From: an uncultured Duodenibacillus sp.
GTDB taxonomy: Bacteria > Pseudomonadota > Gammaproteobacteria > Burkholderiales > Burkholderiaceae_F
Reading direction: 5' to 3'
Length of the DNA: 64,000 bases
NCBI GenBank assembly: GCA_944390715.1
Contig: CALXQS010000007.1
Span: 21,467 to 85,466 of the forward strand
Shown here: in pieces, positions 49,926-59,705 of the stretch
Layout: every line of letters starts with the position of its first letter
How positions within the stretch are numbered: position 1 is the first letter of the stretch
Notes under the pieces: generated by a model
Seen by the model: only the letters and a program-made list of their open reading frames with translations
The model's database searches: none
Told to the model about the DNA's origin: nothing
Position numbers and translations under genes: made by a program

Positions 49926-50423
49926 ATGACAAAGACGCTGTTTTGCCGTGCCCTGATCGGGGCAGCTGCCGTTTCGACGCTGATTTTGAGCGGCTGTTCG
50001 AGCGTTGCGCTCGATGAGTCTGCCAAGGCGGGAACGACCCGCGCCGAAGCCGAGGCGGCTCAGAACGCCCGTCGCGATGCGGCAGCTGCTGCGTTGCAGC
50101 AGAAGTCGATCTTTTTTGATTTCGACTCCTATGCCGTGCAGGCCACATATCTGCCGGTAATTGAAGCGCATGCGCGCAATCTCATTACCAATTCCGGCGC
50201 GCACGTTGTGATTGAGGGCAACACGGACAGCCGAGGCAGCCGTGAGTACAACCTTGCGCTGGGACAGAAACGAAGCGAGGCCGTCAAGCAGCGCATGCAG
50301 CTTTTGGGGGTGCCCGCAAGCCGTATCGAGGCCGTGAGCTTCGGACGCGAGAAGCCTGTGGCCGTGGGCGAAAATGAGGCTGCTTGGGCGCAGAACCGCC
50401 GTGCCGACATTGTTTATCGATAA
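49926..50423 (+). CDS. pal: Peptidoglycan-associated lipoprotein
   Basis: Lipobox LSGC; FFDFD, EGNTDSRGSREYNLALGQKR, NRRA. Confidence 0.96.
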   Translation: MTKTLFCRALIGAAAVSTLILSGCSSVALDESAKAGTTRAEAEAAQNARRDAAAAALQQKSIFFDFDSYAVQATYLPVIEAHARNLITNSGAHVVIEGNTDSRGSREYNLALGQKRSEAVKQRMQLLGVPASRIEAVSFGREKPVAVGENEAAWAQNRRADIVYR

Positions 50424-50449
50424 GAAACGTCAGCGTTTGACTGAAAGGA

Positions 50450-51181
50450 ATGCTTGTGAATAAGAATTCTGCCTTTGCGCTGGCTGCGGCGGCTCTCATG
50501 CTGGGTGCGGCTGCTCCTGCGCACGCACTTTTCGGCGATGATGAGGCACGCATGGCGATTCTGGATCTGCGCCAGCGTATGGATGCGCTGCAAAACGCCC
50601 AGATGCAGCTTGTGGCCCAAATTGAGCAGCTGCGTGAGCAAAACGCGCAGCTTACCGGACGTCTCGAAGAGCTTGCCAACGATCTCACGCGCCAACAGCA
50701 GTCCTCGCGCGACCTTTTCTCTTCGCTTGACGCGCGTCTTGCGCCGCTTTCTTCTGCCAAGGTTGAAATTGACGGTGCAAGCTTTGAGGCAAGCGCTGAA
50801 GAGCGGCGCCGTTATGAATCAGCGCTTTCGCTGTTTTCGCAGGGAAAGTATGAAGACAGCGCCTCGCTTTTGAGCTCTTTGGTTGACGATTATCCGACCA
50901 CGGGCTATATGCCGAGCGCTCTGTACTGGCTTGGCAATGCGCTGTATGCTCAAAACAAGCTCTCGCAGGCGCTCGCCGTGCAGAACCGTTTGATCAAGGA
51001 CTTTGCCGATCACCCTCGCATTGCTGATGCGAAGCTCTCCAAGGCCGCGGCGCTCACAGGGCTGGGACGCAAGAGTCAGGCTCAAGGCGTGCTGCGCGAA
51101 ATCATCAAGAGCTATCCTAAGACGACCTATGCAGAACTTGCGCAAAAACGTCTTGAAGCACTCAATCCCAAAAGAAAGTAG
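50450..51181 (+). CDS. cpoB: Tol-Pal system protein CpoB/YbgF
   Basis: LFGDDEARMAIL coiled coil plus TPRs (ALYWLGN). Confidence 0.9.
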   Translation: MLVNKNSAFALAAAALMLGAAAPAHALFGDDEARMAILDLRQRMDALQNAQMQLVAQIEQLREQNAQLTGRLEELANDLTRQQQSSRDLFSSLDARLAPLSSAKVEIDGASFEASAEERRRYESALSLFSQGKYEDSASLLSSLVDDYPTTGYMPSALYWLGNALYAQNKLSQALAVQNRLIKDFADHPRIADAKLSKAAALTGLGRKSQAQGVLREIIKSYPKTTYAELAQKRLEALNPKRK

Positions 51182-51225
51182 CTCTGGGGCACGAAATCGC
51201 CGATGACTCGACGGCAAAAGGCAAG

Positions 51226-51246
51226 AAGGGGCGCGCAGCGCCCCTT
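51226..51246 (+). terminator. Probable terminator hairpin after cpoB
   Basis: 9-bp stem aaggggcgc/gcgcccctt; weak U-tail. Confidence 0.5.
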
Positions 51247-51310
51247 TGCGTCTGCAGCTGCAGGCCTGTACGAAGAGCGTTTTTTTGAAGATCAATGCCA
51301 ATAGTGTGTT

Positions 51311-52177
51311 ATGGATGTAGACAACGCGCATCAGCCTAGCCTGGCCGACATTGCTCAAATGCCGGGGGATGCTTCGCCCGAAGAGGTCGACGGCATAGCC
51401 TTTGCGCGTCTGTACGGGGAGCCGCTTTTTCAAGTTCCCGACGGTCTGTATATTCCGCCTGACGCGCTCAAGGTCTTTTTGGAGAGCTTTGAGGGGCCGC
51501 TCGATCTTCTGTTGTACCTCATTCGGCGCCAGAAGTTCGACGTGATGGAAATTCCAATGGCGCTTGTCACCGAACAGTACATGGGCTACGTCGAGCTGAT
51601 TCGCAAAACGAATCTGGAGTTGGCAGCCGACTACCTGGTAATGGCCGCGCACCTCATGCAAATCAAAAGCCAGCTTCTGCTGCCTGTGACCAAGGTTGAT
51701 ACGGGAGAAGAAGTTGCCGATCCGCAGGCTGAATTGGCCCGCAGACTGCTTGAGTACGAGCGCATGAAGATGGCTGCCGTCGAACTTGACCAAATTCCCA
51801 GAGCGGGACGCGACTTCTTCAAGGCTTTCGTGCTTGTTGAGCAGTCGCAGGCAAAGCTGTTGCCCGAGGTTTGTGTCGACGACCTCAAGCAAGCCTGGGA
51901 GTCGATTCTCAGACAGGCTAAACTCAAGGGCGCACATAAGATTTCTCGTCAGGAACTGAGCGTGCGCGAGTTCATGAGCGAAATTTTGAAGCGGCTGACG
52001 AGTGAAAGGTTCGTTGACTTCGAAAAGCTCTTTGACCCGCAGATGGGCATTGCAGGCGTGATCGTCAACTACCTTGCCATTTTGGAGCTGGCCAAGGAAG
52101 GCTTGATTCGCATCACGCAGGCGGCGCCCTTTGCGCCAATCTATGTGACGGGCGTGAGTCCCGTCGACGAGGTTTAA
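51311..52177 (+). CDS. scpA: Segregation and condensation protein A
   Basis: FEGPLDLLLYLIRR, AADYLVMAAHLMQIKS, LAILELAKEG. Confidence 0.93.
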   Translation: MDVDNAHQPSLADIAQMPGDASPEEVDGIAFARLYGEPLFQVPDGLYIPPDALKVFLESFEGPLDLLLYLIRRQKFDVMEIPMALVTEQYMGYVELIRKTNLELAADYLVMAAHLMQIKSQLLLPVTKVDTGEEVADPQAELARRLLEYERMKMAAVELDQIPRAGRDFFKAFVLVEQSQAKLLPEVCVDDLKQAWESILRQAKLKGAHKISRQELSVREFMSEILKRLTSERFVDFEKLFDPQMGIAGVIVNYLAILELAKEGLIRITQAAPFAPIYVTGVSPVDEV

Positions 52178-52203
52178 ATCATCAATTAGTAAACGATTTG
52201 GAA

Positions 52204-52536
52204 ATGGCCTGCAAATATTGCTCTCAGTACATCGCCCGCGCTTTTAAAGAAGTTGAGCGTTTTGAGGACGCGTGCCGCGCGCTGCGGCTCGACCCCAAGA
52301 AGAGCACGGATTATGAAGCCATTGTGCGGGGGCTGACCGGCATCGGACAGTTCGGCACCATCCGGTTGGCGCGCCGCTATCCCTTCGTCACCAATGAGGA
52401 AGAATTTCGCATGGTGGCCGATGTGGGACTGCATTTTTATTGGATGACGCTTGATTTTTGGGATGAAATCCGTGAAAAAGAGGCTCGCGAGCGGCAAGCT
52501 CAGGACGTGCCCTTGAAATCCTCAACACCACGATAA
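52204..52536 (+). CDS. Hypothetical protein with N-terminal CxxC
   Basis: 110-aa ORF filling the gap after scpA with protein-like composition; no family recognised. Confidence 0.6.
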   Translation: MACKYCSQYIARAFKEVERFEDACRALRLDPKKSTDYEAIVRGLTGIGQFGTIRLARRYPFVTNEEEFRMVADVGLHFYWMTLDFWDEIREKEARERQAQDVPLKSSTPR

Positions 52537-52692
52537 AGCAAAAGCCGCCGGCAGGGGAATTCCGCTTGGCGGCTTGGCGTTTGCAGCTGCAGACAAGGCA
52601 GCGTTTTCAAACATGATTCGGCATTTTTGAGAGCACTTTTGCCAGCGACGCAGGCTGCCGGGCAGACAGCGTTGCTGGCAGGCTGTTTCTGA

Positions 52693-53601
52693 CTACTCAA
52701 TGTTTTGGAGTTGTTCTCGCATTTGGTCGACCGAGAGCTTAAGCGAGATGGCCGCGTCGGTCATTTCAATGGAAGCGGCTTTGCTGCCGAGCGTGTTGGA
52801 TTCTCGGTTCATTTCCTGAGTAAGAAAGTCGAGCCTGCGGCCGGCAGCGCCTCCGGCTTCAAGCACGCGGCGCACCTCGGCGACGTGTGTGCGAAGTCGG
52901 TTGACTTCCTCCGCAACGTCCATGCGCAGAGCGTAAAGCGTGACTTCCTGACGAATGCGTTCGGTGACTTCTTCTTTGGTGAGCGAGCCTGCCTTTGAGA
53001 GTGCTTCGCTAAGCGCCGCTTCAAGTCTCTCGGTGAGCTTGGCTTGGAGCTGTGCATGGATTTGCGGAATGCGCGGCACCAATGCGTCGACCGTCTCGAG
53101 AATTTTCGTGCAGTTTGCTTGGAGAATTTTCTTTAAGGCTTCTCCTTCTCGGCTGCGGCTGCCGTCAAAGGCATCCATGGCCTGATTCATCACCGTGCGC
53201 AATGATGCAGCGACGGCTTCGTTGTCGACGGCGGCGGCTTTGACGATGCCGGGATATTCCAAGATGTCGGTCATGCGCAGAGGCTGGGCTTGCGGCATTT
53301 GGGCCAAAATTTGATTTTGCAGTGCCTGCAGGCTTTGCAAGGCGTCGACATTTACCGAGGGCGCAGTCTGAGTCATCATCGTAAAACTAATGCGGCACTC
53401 AAATTTTCCGCGGACAACGCGTGATTTGACGATTTCCTGCAGAATCGGTTCGAAGGGGCGAAGCTCTTCGGGCATGCGCATCGTGATGTCGAGAAAACGG
53501 GAGTTGACGCAGCGCAGTTCAATATGAACAAGACCTAAGGGAGTTTCGCCCTGCGCGTTGGCAAAACCGGTCATGGAATGAATGACTGACATAAAAAGCA
53601 A
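52693..53601 (-). CDS. yicC: YicC/YloC-family endoribonuclease
   Basis: SMTGFA, VNSRFLD, GRRLDFLTQEMNRESNTLGSK, QMREQLQNIE. Confidence 0.93.
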   Translation of the reverse strand: MLFMSVIHSMTGFANAQGETPLGLVHIELRCVNSRFLDITMRMPEELRPFEPILQEIVKSRVVRGKFECRISFTMMTQTAPSVNVDALQSLQALQNQILAQMPQAQPLRMTDILEYPGIVKAAAVDNEAVAASLRTVMNQAMDAFDGSRSREGEALKKILQANCTKILETVDALVPRIPQIHAQLQAKLTERLEAALSEALSKAGSLTKEEVTERIRQEVTLYALRMDVAEEVNRLRTHVAEVRRVLEAGGAAGRRLDFLTQEMNRESNTLGSKAASIEMTDAAISLKLSVDQMREQLQNIE

Positions 53602-53780
53602 GCGTTATAACGAAAAGGTCACGAAAAATTGGGTGCTGCAGGACGAGAGTCTAAGCGGTTTGCGCAGGCCGGCAGCAAAAGCTGCACCCGCTCAAACATC
53701 AGGCACGACGCCGGCAAAAGGCGTGTAGGATTATGCCCGATACAAACACGGTTGATGCCTAAACGGCAAGGAAGACGGAC

Positions 53781-54509
53781 ATGAGCGAGCGACATGACGG
53801 GCGCGCAATGGATGAAAAGCGCGCAGTGAGCTTTGAACGCGGCTTTACTTGTCACGCTGAGGGAAGCGTGCTGGTAAGCGTTGGACGTACAAAAGTACTG
53901 TGCACGGCAAGCGTTATTGAGGGCGTGCCTAAGTTTTTGAAGGATAAAAACGAAGGCTGGGTGACGGCTGAATACGGCCTGCTGCCGCGTTCAACCGGCA
54001 CGCGTACTGATCGTGAGGCGGCTCGCGGCAAGCAGTCGGGACGCACGCAGGAGATTCAAAGACTCATTGGACGCAGTCTGCGCGGGGTTGTTGACCGTAC
54101 CAAGCTTGGTCAGTACACCATCACGCTGGACTGCGATGTGCTGCAGGCCGACGGCGGCACGCGCTGCGCCTCGATCAGCGGCGCCTGGGTGGCGCTCTAC
54201 GATGCCGTGCAATGGATGCTCGCCAAGGGGTTGATTCAGGAAAATCCCATTCTTGAGCAGGTTGCTGCCATAAGCGTGGGCATGACCGAAGCGGGCGCCG
54301 TGCTTGATCTGGACTATGTTGAGGACAGTTCAAGCGACACCGATATGAATGTTGTGATGACTGCCAGCGGCCGCTTTATTGAACTGCAGGGCACTGCTGA
54401 AGGTGCGCCTTTTTCGCGCCAGGAGCTTGCCAGCATGCTTGATTTGGCAGAAAAAGGCTGCCGGGAACTCATGCAGGCCCAAAGGCAGGCACTGGGACTT
54501 TCGTTATAG
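53781..54509 (+). CDS. rph: Ribonuclease PH
   Basis: [35 protein letters not shown]. Confidence 0.97.
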   Translation: MSERHDGRAMDEKRAVSFERGFTCHAEGSVLVSVGRTKVLCTASVIEGVPKFLKDKNEGWVTAEYGLLPRSTGTRTDREAARGKQSGRTQEIQRLIGRSLRGVVDRTKLGQYTITLDCDVLQADGGTRCASISGAWVALYDAVQWMLAKGLIQENPILEQVAAISVGMTEAGAVLDLDYVEDSSSDTDMNVVMTASGRFIELQGTAEGAPFSRQELASMLDLAEKGCRELMQAQRQALGLSL

Positions 54510-54524
54510 AGCAAAGGTTCGGCA

Positions 54525-55124
54525 ATGTTGAAAAAACTTGTACTAGCGTCCAACAACAAAGGAAAAATTCGCGAATTCAATGCCCTTTTCGGCAGCCGCG
54601 GCATTGAAGTGACCGCCCAAGGGGCGCTTGGCGTTGTTGAGTGCGAAGAGCCCTTTGAAACATTTTTGGAAAATGCTCTTGCCAAAGCACGCAACGCTGC
54701 GCGTCAAACTGGTCTGCCTGCCATGGCCGACGATTCGGGCATTACGGCGCATGCGCTGGTTACGGAGCCAGGCGTGCATTCGGCACGCTACGCGGGCGCG
54801 CATGCCGACGATGCTGCCAATAATGCCAAGCTTGTAGCTGCGCTCAAGGGGATCTCCGACAAGCGTGCGGCCTATACCTGCGTGCTTGTGGCGGTGCGCA
54901 CGGCCGATGATCCTGATCCGGTGGTGGCGCAGGCAAGCTGGGCCGGCGAAATCATTGATGAGCCTCGCGGCACGGGAGGCTTTGGCTACGATCCTTATTT
55001 TTACCTGCCTGAATTTGCCAAAACGGCGGCGGAATTGACGGCTCAGGAAAAGAATGCCGTCAGCCACAGGGGACGGGCTATGGTGCGCATGCTGCAGGCC
55101 TTAGAGGAGCGCTGGGGGTGGTAG
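54525..55124 (+). CDS. rdgB: dITP/XTP pyrophosphatase
   Basis: ASNNKGK, ADDSG, GFGYDP, KNAVSHRG. Confidence 0.96.
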   Translation: MLKKLVLASNNKGKIREFNALFGSRGIEVTAQGALGVVECEEPFETFLENALAKARNAARQTGLPAMADDSGITAHALVTEPGVHSARYAGAHADDAANNAKLVAALKGISDKRAAYTCVLVAVRTADDPDPVVAQASWAGEIIDEPRGTGGFGYDPYFYLPEFAKTAAELTAQEKNAVSHRGRAMVRMLQALEERWGW

Positions 55125-56284
55125 AGATCGTGCCCGAAGCGGGCATTGCGCTTTACGTACACTGGCCCTGGTGCGTGCGCAAGTGCCCTTACTGCGACTT
55201 TAATTCCGTCGCGCTTTCTGCTCGCAGCCATGAAGCGCAGTACCTGAGCGCTTTGCTCAAAGACCTGGATGCGTGTCTGCAGCTTGCTGGAGCGCGGACG
55301 GTGACGTCAATTTTTTTTGGCGGAGGTACGCCGAGCCTGATGAGCGCAGAGGGTTTTGCCGGGCTGATGGAAGGCATTTCTCGGCGCGTGCAGCTTGCAG
55401 CTGACTGTGAAGTGACGATGGAAGCTAATCCCGGCACTGTCGAGCAAGAGAGGTTTGAAGACTATGCTCGAGCAGGCGTCAACCGCTTTTCAATCGGCGT
55501 GCAGAGCTTTAATGATCGATTTTTGAAGGCGCTCGGGCGCATTCATTCGGGCCGTGAGGCGCATCGCGCGGTGGAAGCTGCGCTTCACTGTACTGACAAC
55601 GTCAATCTTGACGTGATGTATGCTCTGCCCGGGCAGACGCTTGATGATGTCGGCCGCGATGTGGATGCAGCTTTGCATGCGGGCGTGACTCACCTGTCGT
55701 TTTACGAGCTCACGATTGAGGAGGGAACGGCGTTTGCCAAGAAGACTCCTGCGGGACTGCCCGATATTGATGCGGCTGCCGACATGGGGGATCTTGTGCA
55801 TGCCCGCCTGAGCGAAGCCGGTTTTGAGCACTATGAGATTTCGGGGTATGCCAAAGCAGGACGGCGCTGCCGGCATAATCTGACCTACTGGACATTTGGC
55901 GATTATTTAGGCATAGGTGCAGGCGCGCACGGCAAAGTGACGGTTGACGGCGGCATTTTGAGAACAGTGCGGCGTGCTTCGCCTTTTTTATACATGGACG
56001 ATGTCGAGCAGGAGCGCGTGTCGGGGCAGCTGCATGATGTGGATGCGCAGTCGCTGCCTTTTGAGTTCATGCTCAATGCGCTTCGCTTGTTCGAAGGTGT
56101 TCCTGCCGCACGCTGGCAGCAGACGACGGGGCTGAGTCTGTCGGTGATTGAGCCCGTGCTCGCAGAGCTCCGTAAGGAGGGGCTCTTGGTGCAGGACGCC
56201 GACCGCATTGCGGCAACCGATTTGGGAAGGCGTTTTCTGAGCGATGTGCAGGAGCGCTTTCTTCCTGAAGAAGACCGTTTCTAG
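55118..56284 (+). CDS. hemW: Radical SAM heme chaperone HemW
   Basis: YVHWPWCVRKCPYCDFNS, GGGTPS, YEISGY, HNLTYW. Confidence 0.93.
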   Translation: MVEIVPEAGIALYVHWPWCVRKCPYCDFNSVALSARSHEAQYLSALLKDLDACLQLAGARTVTSIFFGGGTPSLMSAEGFAGLMEGISRRVQLAADCEVTMEANPGTVEQERFEDYARAGVNRFSIGVQSFNDRFLKALGRIHSGREAHRAVEAALHCTDNVNLDVMYALPGQTLDDVGRDVDAALHAGVTHLSFYELTIEEGTAFAKKTPAGLPDIDAAADMGDLVHARLSEAGFEHYEISGYAKAGRRCRHNLTYWTFGDYLGIGAGAHGKVTVDGGILRTVRRASPFLYMDDVEQERVSGQLHDVDAQSLPFEFMLNALRLFEGVPAARWQQTTGLSLSVIEPVLAELRKEGLLVQDADRIAATDLGRRFLSDVQERFLPEEDRF

Positions 56285-56342
56285 CCAGCGGCTGCTTTTT
56301 AGGGCGTTTCTTCAAATATTTCTTTTTTTGCGGAGGGCGTGA

Positions 56343-57599
56343 GTGTCAGTTTTCGAGCAGTGGTTCAAACGTGCGGTCCTCGCAGGGACGGTTGTTTTGC
56401 TTGCGGCATGTTCAACGACGCCGCCCGAAGACGAGCCGGTCGTCATCCCCGGCGAGACGATTGTTCCGGTTCCTGAAGAGAGGCCGACGACTGTGCCTGC
56501 CCAGGCGGCTTATCCGCTGGTCGACGGCGCCGTGCGCTTTGCGCGCGTCTCGTTTTCGGAGCTTCCGTCTGTGCCCGAAGCAAGCTGGGAGGCGGCGCTT
56601 TCGGCCTTTAAACGTTCCTGCACTCAAATGGGAACCAAGGCGATTTGGCTTGACGCCTGTTCAAACGCGCAGTTTGTGAAGACCGGAGGCGCACGCGACT
56701 TTTTTCTGACGTGGTTTGATGCTTGGCGCGTGGCTTCGCTTGCCGGCAAAGAAGATGAGAGCATCACTGAGACGGGAATTGCCACTGGCTATTATGAGCC
56801 GATGCTCAGGGGCAGCCGCCGCAGGCACGGCCCCTACCAGCATCCGGTCTATCGCGTTCCGGACGATTTGATCGTTGTCGATCTTCAAAGCCTGCATCCG
56901 GAACTCAAGAACATGCGGCTGCGGGGCAAGCTCGAGGGCCGCAAACTCGTGCCCTACGATACAAGGGCGCAGATTGCACGCCGTTCCGACATGAGGCGCT
57001 ATGTTCTATGCTGGGTGGATGATCCGGTGGAGGCTTTTTTTCTGCAGGTGCAGGGATCGGGCAGAGTGCTTCTTGATGACGGCACATTCATGCGTCTGAG
57101 CTACGCCGATCAGAACGGACATCCGTACAGAGCCATTGCCAATTGGTTGGTAAAAAATGCCGGCCTTTCTCGTTCTGAGATGAGCATGGAGCGCATCAAG
57201 CGCTGGGCGAAAGAAAACCCTGATCGCACGCAGGAGCTGCTAAACGCCAATCCAAGCTTTGTATTTTTCAAAGAGCGAAAAGACGCTGACGAATCAGCCG
57301 GCCCTATCGGCTCGCAGGGCGTTGCGCTTACGCCCGAGGCTTCGATTGCCGTGGACCGCCGCTATTGGCCCATGGGCATGCCTTTTGTGCTTGACATCAA
57401 GCAGGACCGTCCGTACTTGGCAGCTGCGTGCGCCGTTGTGGCCCAAGACACAGGAAGTGCCATCCGGGGCGTGCTGCGCTTTGACTACTTTTGGGGTTAT
57501 GGAGATGAGGCAGGACGCAAGGCCGGCGGTCAAAAAAGCTTGGTTCGAGCGTGGATGCTCATGCCAAAAGGGGAGGATCCCCGCAGACGCCTGCGTTAG
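56343..57599 (+). CDS. mltA: Membrane-bound lytic murein transglycosylase A
   Basis: Lipobox LAAC; TGYYEP, LQVQGSG, NPSFVFF, QDTGSAI, DYFWG. Confidence 0.93.
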   Translation: MSVFEQWFKRAVLAGTVVLLAACSTTPPEDEPVVIPGETIVPVPEERPTTVPAQAAYPLVDGAVRFARVSFSELPSVPEASWEAALSAFKRSCTQMGTKAIWLDACSNAQFVKTGGARDFFLTWFDAWRVASLAGKEDESITETGIATGYYEPMLRGSRRRHGPYQHPVYRVPDDLIVVDLQSLHPELKNMRLRGKLEGRKLVPYDTRAQIARRSDMRRYVLCWVDDPVEAFFLQVQGSGRVLLDDGTFMRLSYADQNGHPYRAIANWLVKNAGLSRSEMSMERIKRWAKENPDRTQELLNANPSFVFFKERKDADESAGPIGSQGVALTPEASIAVDRRYWPMGMPFVLDIKQDRPYLAAACAVVAQDTGSAIRGVLRFDYFWGYGDEAGRKAGGQKSLVRAWMLMPKGEDPRRRLR

Positions 57600-58471
57600 G
57601 CGCCGCTTCACCGAAGAGCAGTTGAACTCAAAGAGCAGTGCTTGACCAGGAGTGCTGACGAGTGCGTGTACGCGGCCTTCGACGGTCTTCAGGCGAGCCA
57701 TGACGATTTTAGGAAAAAGTTCTCAGGCTTGGGAAAGGCAGGAGCCCGGACAGAAGCGAAAAGCCGTACGGGTCGCCTTGCCATTTCGACAAAACCCAAA
57801 CAACATTCCTCTAAAGAGAGAGGCTTTCTTCGACTAAGCGTCGGCATTCCCAACCGCTGTGGTTCGGCGCAACGCCTAACTGGCGCAAATGACTGGCGCT
57901 GCGGCCGCTAAAGATTTTCTGATGAGCCTATTCCTGCTTCATCGGTTGACCAACACCTCAATGAGCGCATCAGGCATCGACTCGTTTGTCGGTGTTTGTG
58001 CGCTTTTTTGTGCAGTAAGAAAAAAGCCAGTTGAGGATAAAGGTTTGAATTGAAGATAATGAGTGCTGCAGATGAATAATAAAAATCCATGCGGATCCAA
58101 AGAAAATAATAATAAAGATCCATAAATTCCCAATATTTTTGTTTTGAGTGAAAATGCAGGATGAAAATTTTTGGAATATGTTTGCTTAAGTGGAAAATTC
58201 TCAGAATGCACGACTTTCTTTATGAAACGAAATAAGGAAATGAAAGGTAAAGTTGGCTGGACGTTTTGACGAGATAAGAAGATGTTTCTCAAAGGTGTTG
58301 CAGAAAGGAAGCATCAGGCAGGGAAAACTTGTGTGAGTTCTCCGAAGGGTGTATAACGGCGATATTCTGCGACAGCGGCGAGAGGTGTTGTTTTCGTCGC
58401 TTGAGGGCAGTATTGTTTGCTTTTGTATATGTCCTGCCGCAACATGAAAATGAAGCTTAGAGAGTTATAAA

Positions 58472-59683
58472 ATGAATATTACAAGGAAGAGATTTTTATT
58501 GGCTGCTGGTGCTGCATGCCTTTTGTCTGCTTGCGAGACGACCAATCCGCTGTTAAAAAGCCAAGAACCGACTTTTCGCCCTCCGATAGAACCTCAGCGA
58601 GTGTATTTCGCTGGGGTTTCTTTGACTGGGAATTACAAAGATAATCAAAAAAATACTCCCTTCTCAGTTGGAATGCTCGATGACCTTGATTCTGAAATGA
58701 GAGAGGTGCTTAAGGGAAAGAGCTTCAAATATATAGATTTGGTTACATCGGAACTGGGAGACATCCGCGACGCGGATTCGTTGGCTGTCACGCTGGGCGT
58801 GGATTTGGAAACGGTTGTTGTCTACCCTTGGCCGGAAAATAAATTCAAAGTAGTAGTAGATATTTATACGCAGCTTCTATTCTTCGATTTTGCAGAAAAG
58901 AAGGTTGTTCGCACTGTGCCGATCAACTATCAGTACATTACTTTGCTGAAACATAAACCTTCTCGCAAAGAATTGAAGGACATAATCTATGGGATGTACG
59001 TAGGGAAACTAGACGGAGTAGAAAAGGGAGTTTTGCAGACAGTTGTCGAAAAGCTGCAGAACATCATTGTCCAGTCTAGCTATAAGGCATACCTCAAGGT
59101 TGAAAATGTTGAGATCGGCGACCGCGCGCAGAAAATGGTTGATAGATTTGACATGACGTCAGATCAATTCAAAACATTGATGGCGCAGATGTTTGTTCGC
59201 TCGTTGGTGGACAATTTGGCCGTTGCGGTTATTCCCTACACGGTGGGACAGGCAATAGGCGGCAAGATGGTTGGCCGCTTCAGCAACGGCGTTGAATATA
59301 GTCTGACAATGCCGGAGCCGGATTATGTGTTCGATCTGAGCTTGAGAAGCTGCAAAACCCTCAGGGATGAAGAGTCAAGCAAAACGGTTGACAGAGAAGT
59401 CTATATGGCGCTTTTGAAAATAAAGCTCACGCAAAAGGACTTGGGAACCGTTTATATGGATCGAGTTCTGCGTGCTGTTGGCGAGGCAGCTTTGCTCAAG
59501 GGACAGAAGGGACATCTGGAAGTGGCCTATGTTGAGACCCTGATGGGATTTTTTGAGGGCTTTGCCAGAAGTCTGATCAAGAAGCAAAAGAATTGGTTGG
59601 ACTTGGTCGTGCCATCGGATAAAGTGGCTTCTTTGGAACAGGATTTGAAAAGGGTGTCTGAGGTCATGCCCTTGTGCCGTTAA
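58472..59683 (+). CDS. Uncharacterised lipoprotein, 403 aa
   Basis: MNITRKRFLLAAGAACLLSAC lipobox (Cys21); alpha/beta pattern; no catalytic motif seen. Confidence 0.8.
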   Translation: MNITRKRFLLAAGAACLLSACETTNPLLKSQEPTFRPPIEPQRVYFAGVSLTGNYKDNQKNTPFSVGMLDDLDSEMREVLKGKSFKYIDLVTSELGDIRDADSLAVTLGVDLETVVVYPWPENKFKVVVDIYTQLLFFDFAEKKVVRTVPINYQYITLLKHKPSRKELKDIIYGMYVGKLDGVEKGVLQTVVEKLQNIIVQSSYKAYLKVENVEIGDRAQKMVDRFDMTSDQFKTLMAQMFVRSLVDNLAVAVIPYTVGQAIGGKMVGRFSNGVEYSLTMPEPDYVFDLSLRSCKTLRDEESSKTVDREVYMALLKIKLTQKDLGTVYMDRVLRAVGEAALLKGQKGHLEVAYVETLMGFFEGFARSLIKKQKNWLDLVVPSDKVASLEQDLKRVSEVMPLCR

Positions 59684-59705
59684 TTTTGAAACATAAAGGA
59701 AAAAA

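Noticed and set aside
57615-57911. Short direct repeats (aagagcagt twice) as CRISPR, and 89-aa ORF 57642-57911 as a gene
   Set aside because: Only two short copies with no spacer periodicity and no cas genes; the ORF has low-quality composition and no family
57908-58292. Small ORFs in the AT-rich leader (71 aa and 117 aa, minus strand)
   Set aside because: No SD, biased composition reflecting AT-rich DNA, no motifs
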